From Prorocentrum cordatum (taxonomy: Eukaryota), in the NCBI GenBank assembly GCA_963575745.1, contig CAUYUJ010000059.1, positions 1-64,000 of the forward strand: a stretch of DNA of 64,000 bases, written 5' to 3'. A model generated the notes under the pieces. That model did not search any database. It was not told where the DNA came from and saw nothing but the letters and a program-made list of their open reading frames with translations. The translations under genes were made by a program, and so were the position numbers. Shown piece by piece: positions 49,672 through 61,517 of this stretch; positions within the stretch are counted from its first letter, which is position 1, and every line of letters starts with the position of its first letter.

Positions 49672-52600
49672 CTCATCATTCTCAGTCCAGGACGGGTGCA
49701 TGTTAGCTCCAGCTCGAGCGGCGTCGTCGGCAGCAGAACTCCCCAGTCGCCGCCGCCGCCCGTCAAAATCTAAGTCAGCTTCATTAGGGTCCAAGTGGGC
49801 TTTGACCTTCTTAACACCGCTAACCCTCTTGGACCCTTGGTGGTAAAACTGCGTCATTCCAGCGTAGGGCCTAAAGTAGCTAAGTTGCTGCTCGTGAGGC
49901 TGCTGGCTTTGCTTGACAGCGCTAAGGAAGTCTGAGTATATAAAGCTAGGACCTACCAGTTGTAGGGGAGGCATAGCTAAACTCTGAAATTATCCAGCTT
50001 GGGGGGGGGGGAAGGGGGGCGGGGGCGGGCCCGAACAGCCTGCCTTCGACTTCACCTTCCGCAGTCAAGCGCACAACTCCCCACCCCGCTCGTTGAAGCT
50101 CAGGAACAATATGTCTGCTACAGCTCCCATCTATGAAAACACTCCCTTGGAACTCGGCATCCCCTCTGTTTTCGCCGGCCCACTTCATGTCATGTGTTCC
50201 AGGCTTTGCTGGGCGAGGGTGATTGTCGCCTGGGTGCTCGAACAATCCACGGCTGCACAGAAGCTGTTCGACAGGCCCCTCTGCTGCAAGGGCTCGATCG
50301 ATGTCTGGCTATTCAACGACATCCAACCGTTGATCCTGACAGCTGGTACATTCCCACAGACGATGGAACTCCGAGTCGTCGCATTTCCGGCACAGCGCAC
50401 ACTTAGTGGTCGGAACTTGATACCCGCACTCTTTCGCGCGACTCGGAGTCCAGATCGCACCGCAGACCAGCGATTTCACACATCCACGACCGAGCGGGGT
50501 CGATCGCTTGGATCGGAGCTTCGCTCGCGGCACGTCAAAACACAATCGGGGAAAATCCACATTCGCCTGGCTGCTCGCATCGCGCTCCAACGACCTAAGC
50601 ACAGCACTGAACAGCAGGCCCTTGAGGAGCGCTGGGGGAATATAGGTAAGAAGCACCTCTCCTCAAAATCGCCCTTCAACGTGGCGGAATATTTCATGTC
50701 CCAAGAAATTCTCCTCAACGATAATTCCAGAGCCGGCAGTGGGCCCTTGACCTTCTTCCACTCCGTCACCTCCTCCCCCTGGTAACCAATCTCCCACGCC
50801 GCCGTCAGCTCCTGAAGCGGGATGCCGCGCGGGCAAGAGTGGGCGTGAGCGGCCCAGATCTCTTTGGCGCATCGGAGGAACGAGGCCACTTCGCATCTCC
50901 AGGATGGGACATCCTCCAAAATCATAAGTGAGGTGAGCGAGCGTCCAGCAGCTTGCGGGCGCAGAACCTTGCCCGCTGGCTGCCTGATTAACAGAGCTTC
51001 TCTATCAGATATGCCGTGAACAGATGCCCCGTACTCTATGCACGGTAGCGAACCAGAGACGAAGATGCGCTTAGCGTACCTGCCCAGGGTTTGCTTCATA
51101 CCCTTCAGTTTCCTGGCTTGCTTCCTGAACTGGTGCATTATGATCTTGAACTTGGAGGCTCTGTTGCGGGCCCTGCGAGGTCCCCCCACCGCATCGTCGA
51201 TCCCCAGGTTCGTCGCACTCTGGACAACTGGCCCAGCAAGCTCCCAGAAACAATCCCTTGAGTTTTTGGGCCACCAGCTTGTCGGAGCAAACGAAATTGG
51301 CTTTGTCCGTTGAAACTGAACAGCCGGATTCCGTAACGAACATCTGGTATAGGGCAGCAGAAGACTCTTTGATATTTCTAACAGACTCTTTCGCCGTGCC
51401 TACGCAGTTCAGCCCCGTGTCGTCGATATACTGATCTATGTTCACAGAGGGAGGGAATCTGGACATCAGATTACCATGCGGGCCTAGCATGTAGATCCTC
51501 ACGAAGGTGGTCACCAAACTACACCCTGCGAGAACCCCAAGTAAAGCATAATGGGGTCCAGACACCATGGAAGAAATGCAGAGGTATCTAGCGATCGCCA
51601 TGGGAAACCCAAATTCTTTGCACTGGTTCAGGAGCCTATCTAACTGGAACGTCTCATAGAACTTCGTCATGTCCCACAAGAGCGTCGCTGATACTTGACC
51701 TCTGGATGCGCCTACTTCTGGTCGAAAGGCCTGTCGCCAAACGACGTCGCAGGCTGCGGCAACTTTCGGCCCTGCGAAGTACGGTCTCATGCGGGCGAGT
51801 TCCCATTGCTGGGCATGCACCCTTCTACAGCGACCCCAAAGCCTAAACAAGGAAACAAACAACCCGATCGGACGCCAACCTCCCGTGGGTTTCCATTAAG
51901 AGGGCCACCTGGATCGCACGAATTTGCGGGGGCAGCGTGGACAGGATTTCGACCGGGGAAAGCAGAAGGGGCACCACCTCAAGGCCGTTGTCGGAAAGCC
52001 AACTGTAATGTTTCAAGTGAAACCCGTCCACACTTTGGGCAGGACGGACAGGGCACCTGGACGAGACTCCTCTTATGAAGGCTGGCTCCAGGCGCGGGAG
52101 GGCGTCTTGGACTCCTTCGAACCCGCGGCCCATGAGGGGTTCGGACGTAGCTTTCCACAGGCCACTGAATCTGTCAGATTCCGTGCGGAGCAGGGAAAGC
52201 GGATCGGAAATGACCAGGCCCCCAGCACTTAAAGTGGTAGTGGGCTCCCACCCTGGCGCTGGCTTCCTAGCAAGATGCGCATTCCTACCTCCTTTATCGA
52301 TGTTCGACAACAGCCAGTTTTTCCGACCCGCCCCAACCTCCTCCTGGGTCTTGGCCTTAACTTCTTCGTACTCCTTCTCCACCTTAGCCAGAACAAATGC
52401 CACCTGAGTGCTGTCCATCCCTTCGGGTGAGCAGGCATCTGAGGCAAGCGCCGCAGCAGCATCGAGAGTGCAACGATGCTCTCCGATGCCGTCGAGCACA
52501 AACTTCGGCGGCGGCGACCACTCGCCGCGCAAGGTCGGCCGCTCCTGGCCTGCCTGAAAATGCCCAAACACCTGCCGAACTCGGTTGTCCAGCCACTTCA

Positions 52601-55397
52601 TAGCAGCCGTCGCTGGGTACCTAAGGGGGTCGGTCTTGGCATTAAACACAGGGGCACATTGGAGCTCAGGAGGCTTGCCACGACTGCCATAGTATTAGAG
52701 GTCCACATGACCAATCCTAGCAAGTTCAATCTCAGCCTTGTTAGCGAACTTCTTATAAAGGATACGAAGCCCACGGAGAGCCCTCGGCGCCTGGCCAGCG
52801 TTGGCAGCGTCCAGCACGTGGTGACCATAGTCCGCAACCGAGTCCCAGACAGGGGGGGCGGTGGGGGGGCCGATAGGCCTTTCCGTGGGAATCCTAGGGT
52901 GGCGTCGGAACTGCAAAGCCTGCAGCTCGCACGCACGTGGGAACAGGGTCATCTGGACTGGCGTGTGAGTGTTGATGGTGGTGGCCGTGATCCGTTCTAC
53001 GGATTTGATAGCTTTACTCACGCCAGGAGAGGCCACAAAATAATCAATCAAGGGCTTCCCTCCTTGCCCCGTGCATCACGTGGCCTCACAGCCGGCTTTG
53101 ACCAAATCCCCAAGCTGTTCAGGGAAACCGCTTTCAAGCAACATCTCCGAGGGGGAGGTTGAAATCGGCGCCAACAATCGTCTCTTGCCCCAAAGTCCCT
53201 GCGGCCCCCCCGACCTTACCCAATATGTCCAAATTTCTGTCCGACAGTCCTTCTCCGTCGTAGAGGTAGAGCGAGGCAACGTTGATGGGAGTGGAGATGG
53301 GGAGGTGGACCGTGGCCAGCACAGCTCTACAAGGGACCAGGACTCTTGCATGCTCGCCTGCGCCGACAGCATGGTGCAGCCCTAGCCAGGCTCCCGCCAG
53401 CACTGCCACTCCGCCAAGCGTGCCGCCTCCAGGTCCAGGGGTAGCAGCTGAAACAAGACATTGCCATTGATGCCTGACCAGCCAACTGCTGGCTTCATTG
53501 AGACCATCGCTGCGCAAGTGGTCCTCCTGCACCGCAACGACGTGCGCCGATGTTATTTTCAACCGCTCCTCGATAGAACGCCAACTCGTACAGTTACACG
53601 TCTCGATGGCCAGGGAGAAGTTGTCGCGGGGTGGTGCGGGAGGGATACGCATGGGATCGCTGACGGCCTGGCCTGGGCCCGAACCTTCCCCATCAGCCCC
53701 CCCCCCCCGCTGGATAAGGTCGAGAGCTCCGATACTCCAGAGCTCCTATCCATTGAAATCGCTCGACCCCCCCCCCCGAAGCGCCTAGGCCTTTCGCCCT
53801 GAGCCCAAGGGGGGGGAGGGCATGGAAAAAGTCAAAACTGTGGGACCCCAATTGAGTCAGGCGGTCCCCTGGGGCTCTAGAAATCATTCTGCCATCTCTG
53901 GTGTAAGTGCCCCCGTGTGTGCCAAGGTAGCTACCGTGGCGGGGGCTCAGAATTGGGCCGCTGATCTGCTGCTGAGATGCCAGCCTCCACCAGCTGCCTG
54001 GCTCGGGATCTGACATCAGTTGGCGTCCTGGCGGCAGAGGCTCCACCTCCGCCTGCCTTGGACTGCTGGCTGCCGTTGGGAAAGGCCTCAGCATCTGCCT
54101 CGGCGGCGGGGTCATCCAACTCAGCACAATGAGGAACCGCATGGCGATGTTGCGCAGGTGGTTGTCCCGCCGATGGCGCACCTGCTGCTGGTCCCGATGC
54201 CTGTGCCCGAGGAGGAGCCGAAGTGGTCCTGTCTGAGCTGCCAGCCCTGTCGTCGCCCGTCTTCCTTTTCTTGCTCATTCTGCTCTTGTGATCGGCATGT
54301 TCCTTCTTGATGTTCTTAACCGTTGCAAGCGCTCCTGAGAATAGGTCCTTCGCACATTTCTGAAGAGCCTCCTGCATCGTGCCCATGCGGCGACTGATCT
54401 CCAGGTTGTCACTGTCAGTCGCCTCGTAATCGTCGATATCGAAGAATGCGGCAGTGTCGAACAGCTCTTCTGCCTGAATCTCACTGTTGACGAGCCGAGA
54501 GAGAGAAATCTTGGTCGTCGTAGGAGCCTGTTGCTGCACAATGCCGCCAGCCAACTCGGAAACGATATCTCTGTAAGATTTGTCTGCATTGTCGAGCTCT
54601 TGCTGCAGGTCGGAAACTCTGGACTTCTGCTTGGTGACCAGGCCAAGCAACTCCTCGAGTCGATCTGATTCCTGTTGCAAGCGCTCCTCAAGGGCCACAA
54701 CACGCGAGTGGGCAGTCGATGCCCGCTGCTGCACTGGAGTGGGTGCCTCATGCTCCTCCTGCTCTGCCAACTGCTTGCGGTACTTCTCGATTGCGGGCTG
54801 GTCAGCTCCGAGAGAGTGATGAGGTGCTGGAGTTTCTGCTTCGACAGCTCGCTTTGGAAGCGTACGCGACTGCTATCACGAGAGCGGGCACCAGCAGGAA
54901 CAGCAGGTGCATCACCCAGCGCTTGGGCCTGTCGAGCTCCTCCACGTCCAGCACCGTGGCGCCGAGGGTGAACACGAGAAGCGACATCCGACTCAGCCAG
55001 GAGTGCGTCCAGAGCTGCTGCTTCTTCTCCTTCAGCGCAGTCCCCCTTACAGTGCTTGCAGTGGGCGAGCCTGTCGTCGTTCTTCTTGCATCCGCACAGT
55101 CCGCACGTCCACCGTCTGGGGCGCGATGGCGGGCGCTGCTGGGGGCCTCCCCAGGTGCGCCCGTCGCTGCCGCTGGCAGCCGCCGCCTCCCAGCGGGCCT
55201 GCGCGTCCTGCCTCCACGGAGCGGACCAGCGCCCTCGAGCTGAATGTCCGTACCGCTCGGCTCCACGGCGCATGGCGCAAGGGTCGTGATCGGAGAAATC
55301 TGCGCGGTGACCGTGGCCAAAATGGTTCGCAGTCACCCAGCCGTTCTGAAGAGTCAGTGACTGCAAGCCCGGGAAGCCTGGGCCAGAACGGCCGAGG
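49672..55397 (-). mobile_element. Near full-length decayed LINE with ORF1, APE, RT, CCHC and RNase H
   Basis: ORF1 (~55273-53931) has a WTCGLCGCKKN..HCKHC zinc finger and a coiled coil. APE: ETCNCTSW, VQEDHL, GGVAV, GADFN, IDYF. RT: WDMTKFYE, GVLAGCS, QYIDD. CCHC: CALC..HRLWEC. RNase H: VFIDGSC, AGWGVV, KVKAH. Multiple frameshifts. Confidence 0.9.
51071..52200 (-). pseudogene. Reverse transcriptase domain of the LINE (frameshifted)
   Basis: The ORFs at 51843..52649 and 51071..51862 together carry the non-LTR RT motifs, including YIDD, in different frames. Confidence 0.85.
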
Positions 55398-55835
55398 AAG
55401 AGGAGGAGGAGGAGGAGGAGGAGGAGGAGGGGGAGGAGGAGGGGGGAGGGGGGGGAGGTTTCGGTCCCGCTGCCCCCCTCGCGCCCCGCCGCCGGCACCA
55501 GGAGGCGCCTCCGTCCACGAGCCCCCCGCGGCCGTGCGGCCGGCGGTGCTGCCCAGGGCCTTCTCGCCCTCCGCCGCCTCGCCGGGCGCCGCGCGGCCGT
55601 GAGGCGGCCGCGCCGTTTCGGCAGGGGCGCGGTTCGCCGCCCCCCCCTCGCCGCGCTCTGCGCGGCCAGCCGTGCGCGCCCGGGGCTGGCCCCAGGTCCC
55701 CAGAGGAGGGGAGAGAAAGCACAGAGGCACAGTGGAGTCGTCGCGTCCCCAGAAGAGAGGGGGAAGATGTGGGGAGGAGGGGGGGGGGAAGACGAAGCCC
55801 CAGAAGACGCGGGAAAACATGGGGGGGGGCCCTTA

Positions 55836-55884
<49 letters not shown>

Positions 55885-57751
55885 ATGTGTGTCGACCCGC
55901 AGACCAACACGTATTTAGTTGTGTGTCCCAGGGCCCCTCCACATCCCCTGGCTCGGGGGCGTGCGTCGTCCCGTCGGAGGTCCCATGGCGCGGCGGCGAA
56001 ATGCGAACTCCGACCCTCGCCGAGCAGCGAGTCGGGCCGCGCGACGGGTGGCGAGGTCGGAATTCAGCGACAGCGTGACGAATTCCTGATCCCACCCACG
56101 CCTCCCCTCGATTCACGAGGATCGATGGTTGGTGGGTGCAGTGTTTGGATGCCGCCGCCCAAGGACGGTGCGATGGCTACAGCTTCGGGTGGGTCAGTGG
56201 AGGTTCGGGGTTGCCGCGCGAACATGGGGCGCGTGGGTGATTCTCCGAGGATGTCCTGGGCGACCAGGGCCTCCAGGATCCCAGGGCCATGCGGTGGCGG
56301 GCCGTGCGGTGAGGTCTCTCTTGTCGCCCGACCCCTCTCCCCGAGGAGCCCGCGGAGCACTGGGTGCGGAAACAGTCGAGATCGATGAGTAGGTCGACCC
56401 TGCCAAATCGAGGGTGCCCTCGTGTCCTGTGGTTGTGGCCCATGCCTTGCACATTCCTGTGGCACTGTTGCCCTGGGAAGGGTCTTGCGTCCTCCCGCGT
56501 GTCCTCTCTGATCAGCCCCGACTGTATGTCCCGCCCTCAGGGGGGCGGGAGGTGGTTCAGGCAGTTCCCTTCGCCCGTGCTGCTACGCCCAACGACCTGC
56601 TCCGGCCCCCCCACGCGCGCCGAGCCCACCCCCACGACCCCCATGCGAAACGCAAACCATTCCTGCCCCCCCGCGCGCGATCCTCAGCGCTTAGCTGAGC
56701 AGCGCTGAGTGTCCATATCCAGCGCTGCCCCAGATCTTCGGAGACACGTCTCCGAATCTCGAGGCACAAGATTGGCACAGACACCAACTTTCGGAGGTCC
56801 GCGCGGACAGCTCGGATCGGCGCTGGAGGCGCCGACGGGGGCTCCAGCCTAGATCCAAGAAATCCACGCGGACCTCCAGAAGTTTATGTCCCTGTCTTTT
56901 TCGGAGGTGGATAGACCGCCTGCCCTGACACGTCGATTCAGGAATTGGCCGCTTTCGGTTCGCGAGAGGGCGTCGCGGCCGTCATTTCTGCGGGTCCAGG
57001 TCCGTCGGTTTCGGCCCCAGGCCGCTTTCACGAAGGGGGGGCTTACTAAAGGGAGGTCTGCCCACCGCCGATGTTTGCTCCTCGAGAATCGGCGGACACC
57101 GGCCGGAGAGAAGTCCGCGCACCGAAGCCCACGGCCCACCGTGTTTTGGGCGGCGGAGGAGGAGGAGGAGGAGGAGGAGGAGGAGGAGGAGGAGGAGGAG
57201 GGGGAGGAGGAGGAGGAGGAGGAGGAGGGGGAGGAGGAGGAGGAGGGGGACGAGGAGGAGGAGGAGGAGGAGGAGGAGGACGAGGAGGAGGACGAGGAGG
57301 AGGACGAGGAGGACATCCCCGGGCGTGGAGAGAGTCGGCCCGTGCTGCCCGGCGTTTTCCCTCGCCCATGGGCGCCCCGCGCCAACGGCCAGAGGCCGAG
57401 GCCGGAGGGGTGCCGACTGCCTGTTCGCGTCGTGGTCGCTCTGGCCCCGAGGCTGCTGGATGCCCGGGGCGATCGGTCTGTCTGTTCTCGCGCCTCCTCC
57501 CTCTCCGGCCGAGGAGGAGGAGGAGGAGGAGGAGGAGGAGGAGGAGGAGCAGAAGGAGGTGGAGGAGGAGGAGGAGGACGAGGACGAGGAGGAAGGGAGG
57601 AGGAGGACGACGAGGAGGAGGAGGGGGAGGAGGAGGAGGAGGAGGAGTAGGAGGAGGAGGAGGAGGAGGAGGAGGAGGAGGAGCCTCATCTTTCAGCGAC
57701 CGAGGCCCCCATCTCGTCGTGACATCCATCGCGCATTCGTGCTGTCCCTCG

Positions 57752-57784
<33 letters not shown>

Positions 57785-57788
<4 letters not shown>

Positions 57789-57877
57789 GGGGTTGCTAAA
57801 GGTACCCCTGGCCCAAGGTTCCCCCAGCTTTTCGATCAATTTTGAAGCCCCTGGGGCCCTCTGGGCCTCGAGAGGGG
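57785..57877 (-). repeat. Dispersed repeat, reverse-complement homologue of positions 1-93
   Basis: TTCGGGGGTTGCTAAAGGTACCCCTGGCCC..GGGGCCCTCTGGGCCTCG aligns with the reverse complement of the window start. Confidence 0.75.
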
Positions 57878-59053
57878 TGCTCTGGAGGCCGTGGGGGCCT
57901 TCCTGGAAATCCTGGGGGCACCTTGGCCCAGGGGCACTTCTAGGAACACCCGATCTCTCTCTCTCTTCCTCTCTCCCCCCTCCCCCTCTCTCCCCCCCGC
58001 ATGTTGGGCTGCTGGCAGCCCTTGTCCCGGGCCCCAGGACGGGCAAACAACGGCTCACGACAGGAAGCTGGTCCCCGTGATAGGGGTCGAGCCGTCGGGG
58101 GTCCACGCTTTCAAAATCCACGACGCGGGGGGTCTGGGGAGTTCGGAGCGGGGCGTCGGCTCCCTGATGGCCCCAACCGAGACCCGTCGTTTCGGGTGTT
58201 GCCAGTGGTGTGCCGTGTCCATTCGGGGGATGTGCTGCAGGGATCCAGGGGTATGCCATGCGATGTCTCAGGTGGCGTCCTAGTTTGGCGTGTCGCTTGT
58301 GGCCCCCTGTGTGTGCCGTCTTCTTCTTCTTCCTGTGTGCCGTCTTCTTCGTCCTCCTCCTCCTGTCACGCACGCTCCAGCGTCACGATGTCTCACCCGC
58401 GGACGTACGCGCACAGCTCGCGTGATCCATGCATCTGTAGACTAGCAGTACCAGGGTGTCTGCGGAGCACCCCAGTAGGACTTGACCTCCGTCGGGATTG
58501 ACCGCTCCGACTCCGCCTCTCCTTGCTCTCGCTCCCTCTCTCTCTCCCTGCCCTTGTCATGGAGTGAAGTCGAGATGGTGAAAGAAGGAGGAGCACGGGC
58601 CCAGATCGCACACGCAGGCGCAGCGGCGGAGGTTTGGAGGAGGAGGAGGAGGAGGAGGAGGAGGAGGAGGAGGAGGAGGAGGAGCAGGAGGAGGAGGAGG
58701 AGGAGGAGGTGGAGGGAGGCTGGAGGAGGAGGAGGACAGGAAGGGAGGAGGAGGAGGAGGAGGAGGAGGAGGAGGAGGATGAGGAGGAGGAGGAAGGACC
58801 GCCTTGGGTTCAGGAGGAGCACCGGGTCCCAGCTCCGGTCCTCAAAATCTGGCTCGGGGAGCCCCTCCGTGGCCCGGGCTCGCCGTGGCCAAGGGCATCG
58901 CTCCGAGCGGTGGCACGACGACTGCACCTCCGCGTCCGCAGGGCACCCCGTCCCCGCCGAGTTCTGGCGCGGGGCGCCGCTCTCCCCCCGACGGGGCGCC
59001 CTTTCGGGAGGCACTGGTCAGCCACGCGCAGAGGGGGGTGGGGGGAGGGGGGA

Positions 59054-59154
59054 GGGGCTTCTTAGAAGCACCTCTGCTTCTTAGAAGGCGCGGGCCCTCT
59101 CTGTAGACGTGAGGCCGAGGCCTTCTAAGAAGCAGGGTGCTTCTAAGAAGCCCC
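59054..59154. repeat. Foldback/hairpin element
   Basis: GGGGCTTCTTAGAAGCACC..TGCTTCTTAGAAGGC pairs with GCCTTCTAAGAAGCAGGGTGCTTCTAAGAAGCCCC. Confidence 0.75.
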
Positions 59155-59429
59155 CCCCCCTCCCCCTACCCCCTTTTGCGCGCCGCCAAACTGGCGCTCG
59201 TCCTGATCCTGTCCTGCCGGGTCCCACGCAGCGGCGGCCAGCGCCGACGGGGTCAGCTAAAACCTTCCGAGATCCTCGGGCCGGCCCTGGTTTATGGGCC
59301 TCAGGAGGGAAAAAACACACACAGACACAACTCATCGTCGACTCCCAGGAAAACATGGGAACATATGGGAAGTGGGGGGGGAAGACAAAAAGCCAGAACA
59401 CACATATATATATATATATATACACACAC

Positions 59430-59470
<41 letters not shown>

Positions 59471-61495
59471 CATATATATGACAATATGGGGAAGCCTTCT
59501 CTTTGTGTGCATTCATTTGTGTGTCCCTGGGCCCCTGTTTCATGAGCCACCCGGGGCCGACGCCCTCGCCCCTCCGGGTGACGCAGACGGGGCTCGAGCC
59601 GCTGGAGTCGGAGGATCTCGCCGCGTCGCCACTGCACCGGCGGCGCGGCTCGGTGCGTCCTGCCGATGTGCTGCGCGGTCCGCTGGTGGCTGCACTGCCG
59701 CCCTCCTCCTCCTCCTCCTCCTCCTCCTCCTCTTCCTCCTCCTCCCTCCTCCTCTCCTCCTCTCTTCCTCCTCCTCCCTCCTGCCCGCCCGCGCTCCCGC
59801 CGCCGTCCTCAGCGTGTGGGAGCTACTCCGTGGCCTGCCCGTGTTCGTGGCGCGGCCCCGGCCAGCGCGGGCCTGCGCCGACCCGGGTCGGCGCACCTCC
59901 CCGATCTTGTGCCCCACCCCCCCTTCTCGAGGGCACGCAGAGGGGGGCGGAATGGAGGATGACGATTCATAAATGACCGGGGGTCGTGTTCACGCGGCGG
60001 CGCCCGGGATGACGATTAGAAAAAACCGGCCGCGGGCTGGAAAACTATTTTTTTGATCGTTCTCCCCCAGTCAGAAAATTGTGCAGAAATAGCAGAAAAC
60101 TATTTGTTTAATTGTTCTCTCCCATTTTTTCATTAATCGTCATCCCGCATTAGTCCAGGGTGGGGCCATGGAGCGAGCCAGGCTGGATGCTGATACGGTC
60201 GGACCGAGGCGCAAGATCGAGGTCGGTGCGGGGAGGGTGTCCTGATGTTGCTCGTGTCTGCTGGATGTTCTCGTGCATCCGGGGCGAGGGCACCCTCGGA
60301 TGTTCTCCTGTCCGAGGGCCGACTGCATTTCCCTCCTGCTCCAGAGCTCTCCTCCGGCCGCACCTCCAGCCCGCCCTACATACCCCTTCCGCGCGCCCCC
60401 CCCTGCGACCTTCCCGACCTTCCTTCTCCTCCTCCTCCTCCTCCTCCTCCTCCTCCTCCTCCTCGTCCTCCTCCTCCTCGTCCTCCGAGCCCTCCCTCCT
60501 CGTGGCGCGCTCCAGGAAGGGCCTCGTCTTCGGGGTACCGAGAGGTCCGGGAGGGAGCGAAAACACACAGACACGCATGATTGCCGATTCCCCAGAAATA
60601 TGAGAACATGGGAGGTGGAGGGGAACACGAACATCCAGAAAATATTGGAAATATGTGCACTCCTGGGAGTTGTGTCTATTTATGTGGGTGTCCCTGGGCC
60701 CCTTCAGAAGTTAGTATCTCCTCGGCAGAGGTCGGCAGAAGGGCGGCGGAAGGTGGCGGAGGTAAAGCGACAGCGCCTCCGTCAGCAGAAGGCTGGCGGA
60801 AGCAGGTGGAAGTAAACATGCTCCCCCCAAGTGATGGCAAGACTTTTTAGTTCAGGGTTTCCAGAACCCGCCACGTATCGATCGGAGCGCTTTCTCGATC
60901 GTGACGCCCCCGCCCCCCCCCACCCTCTTCCCTAGTCCGACCGAGCGTCGCGTAATTCCCGCGCTGGACGCCCCTTGTGGTGGCGGGCGCCACGGGCCTC
61001 TCAGCTCGAGCCACCCGCTTTCATCAGTTCTCCAGGGATTATGTCCTTCCACATCGCAGGAGAGGGAGAGGAATGAGGAATGAGGAATGAGGAGGAGGAG
61101 GAGGAGGAGGAGGAGGAGGAGGAGGAGGTGGAGGTGGAGGTGGAGGAGGGGGGGAGAAGAAATTGGAGAAGGAGGAGGAGGAGGAGGAGGAAAGCAGGGG
61201 GAGGAGGAGGAGGAGGAGGAGGAGGAGGAGGAGGGAGGAGGAGGAGGAGGAGGAGGAGTAGGAGTAGTAGTAGTAGTAGAGGAGGAGGAGGAAAGCAGGG
61301 GGAGGAGCAGTGGGACGAGGAGGATCACCGCCTTCCCTCCTCCTCGCCCTCCTCGTCGTCGTCGTGACGTCCTCCGCTGGGGTGCCTCCCGCGATGATCT
61401 CGCCTTCCGCGATGCTCGTCTGCAGGGCGTGCTGCGGGGGCCACCGACGCGGGATAATCGAGTGTTCTTGGGGTGTGCGCTCCTCCTCCTCCTCC

Positions 61496-61517
61496 TCCGT
61501 AGCCATTTTGGCTCAAG
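61496..61517 (+). other. Dinoflagellate spliced leader (DinoSL), perfect genomic copy
   Basis: TCCGTAGCCATTTTGGCTCAAG matches the DinoSL consensus DCCGTAGCCATTTTGGCTCAAG at 22/22. It is followed by AT rather than a GT donor, so it is not an SL RNA gene. Confidence 0.95.
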
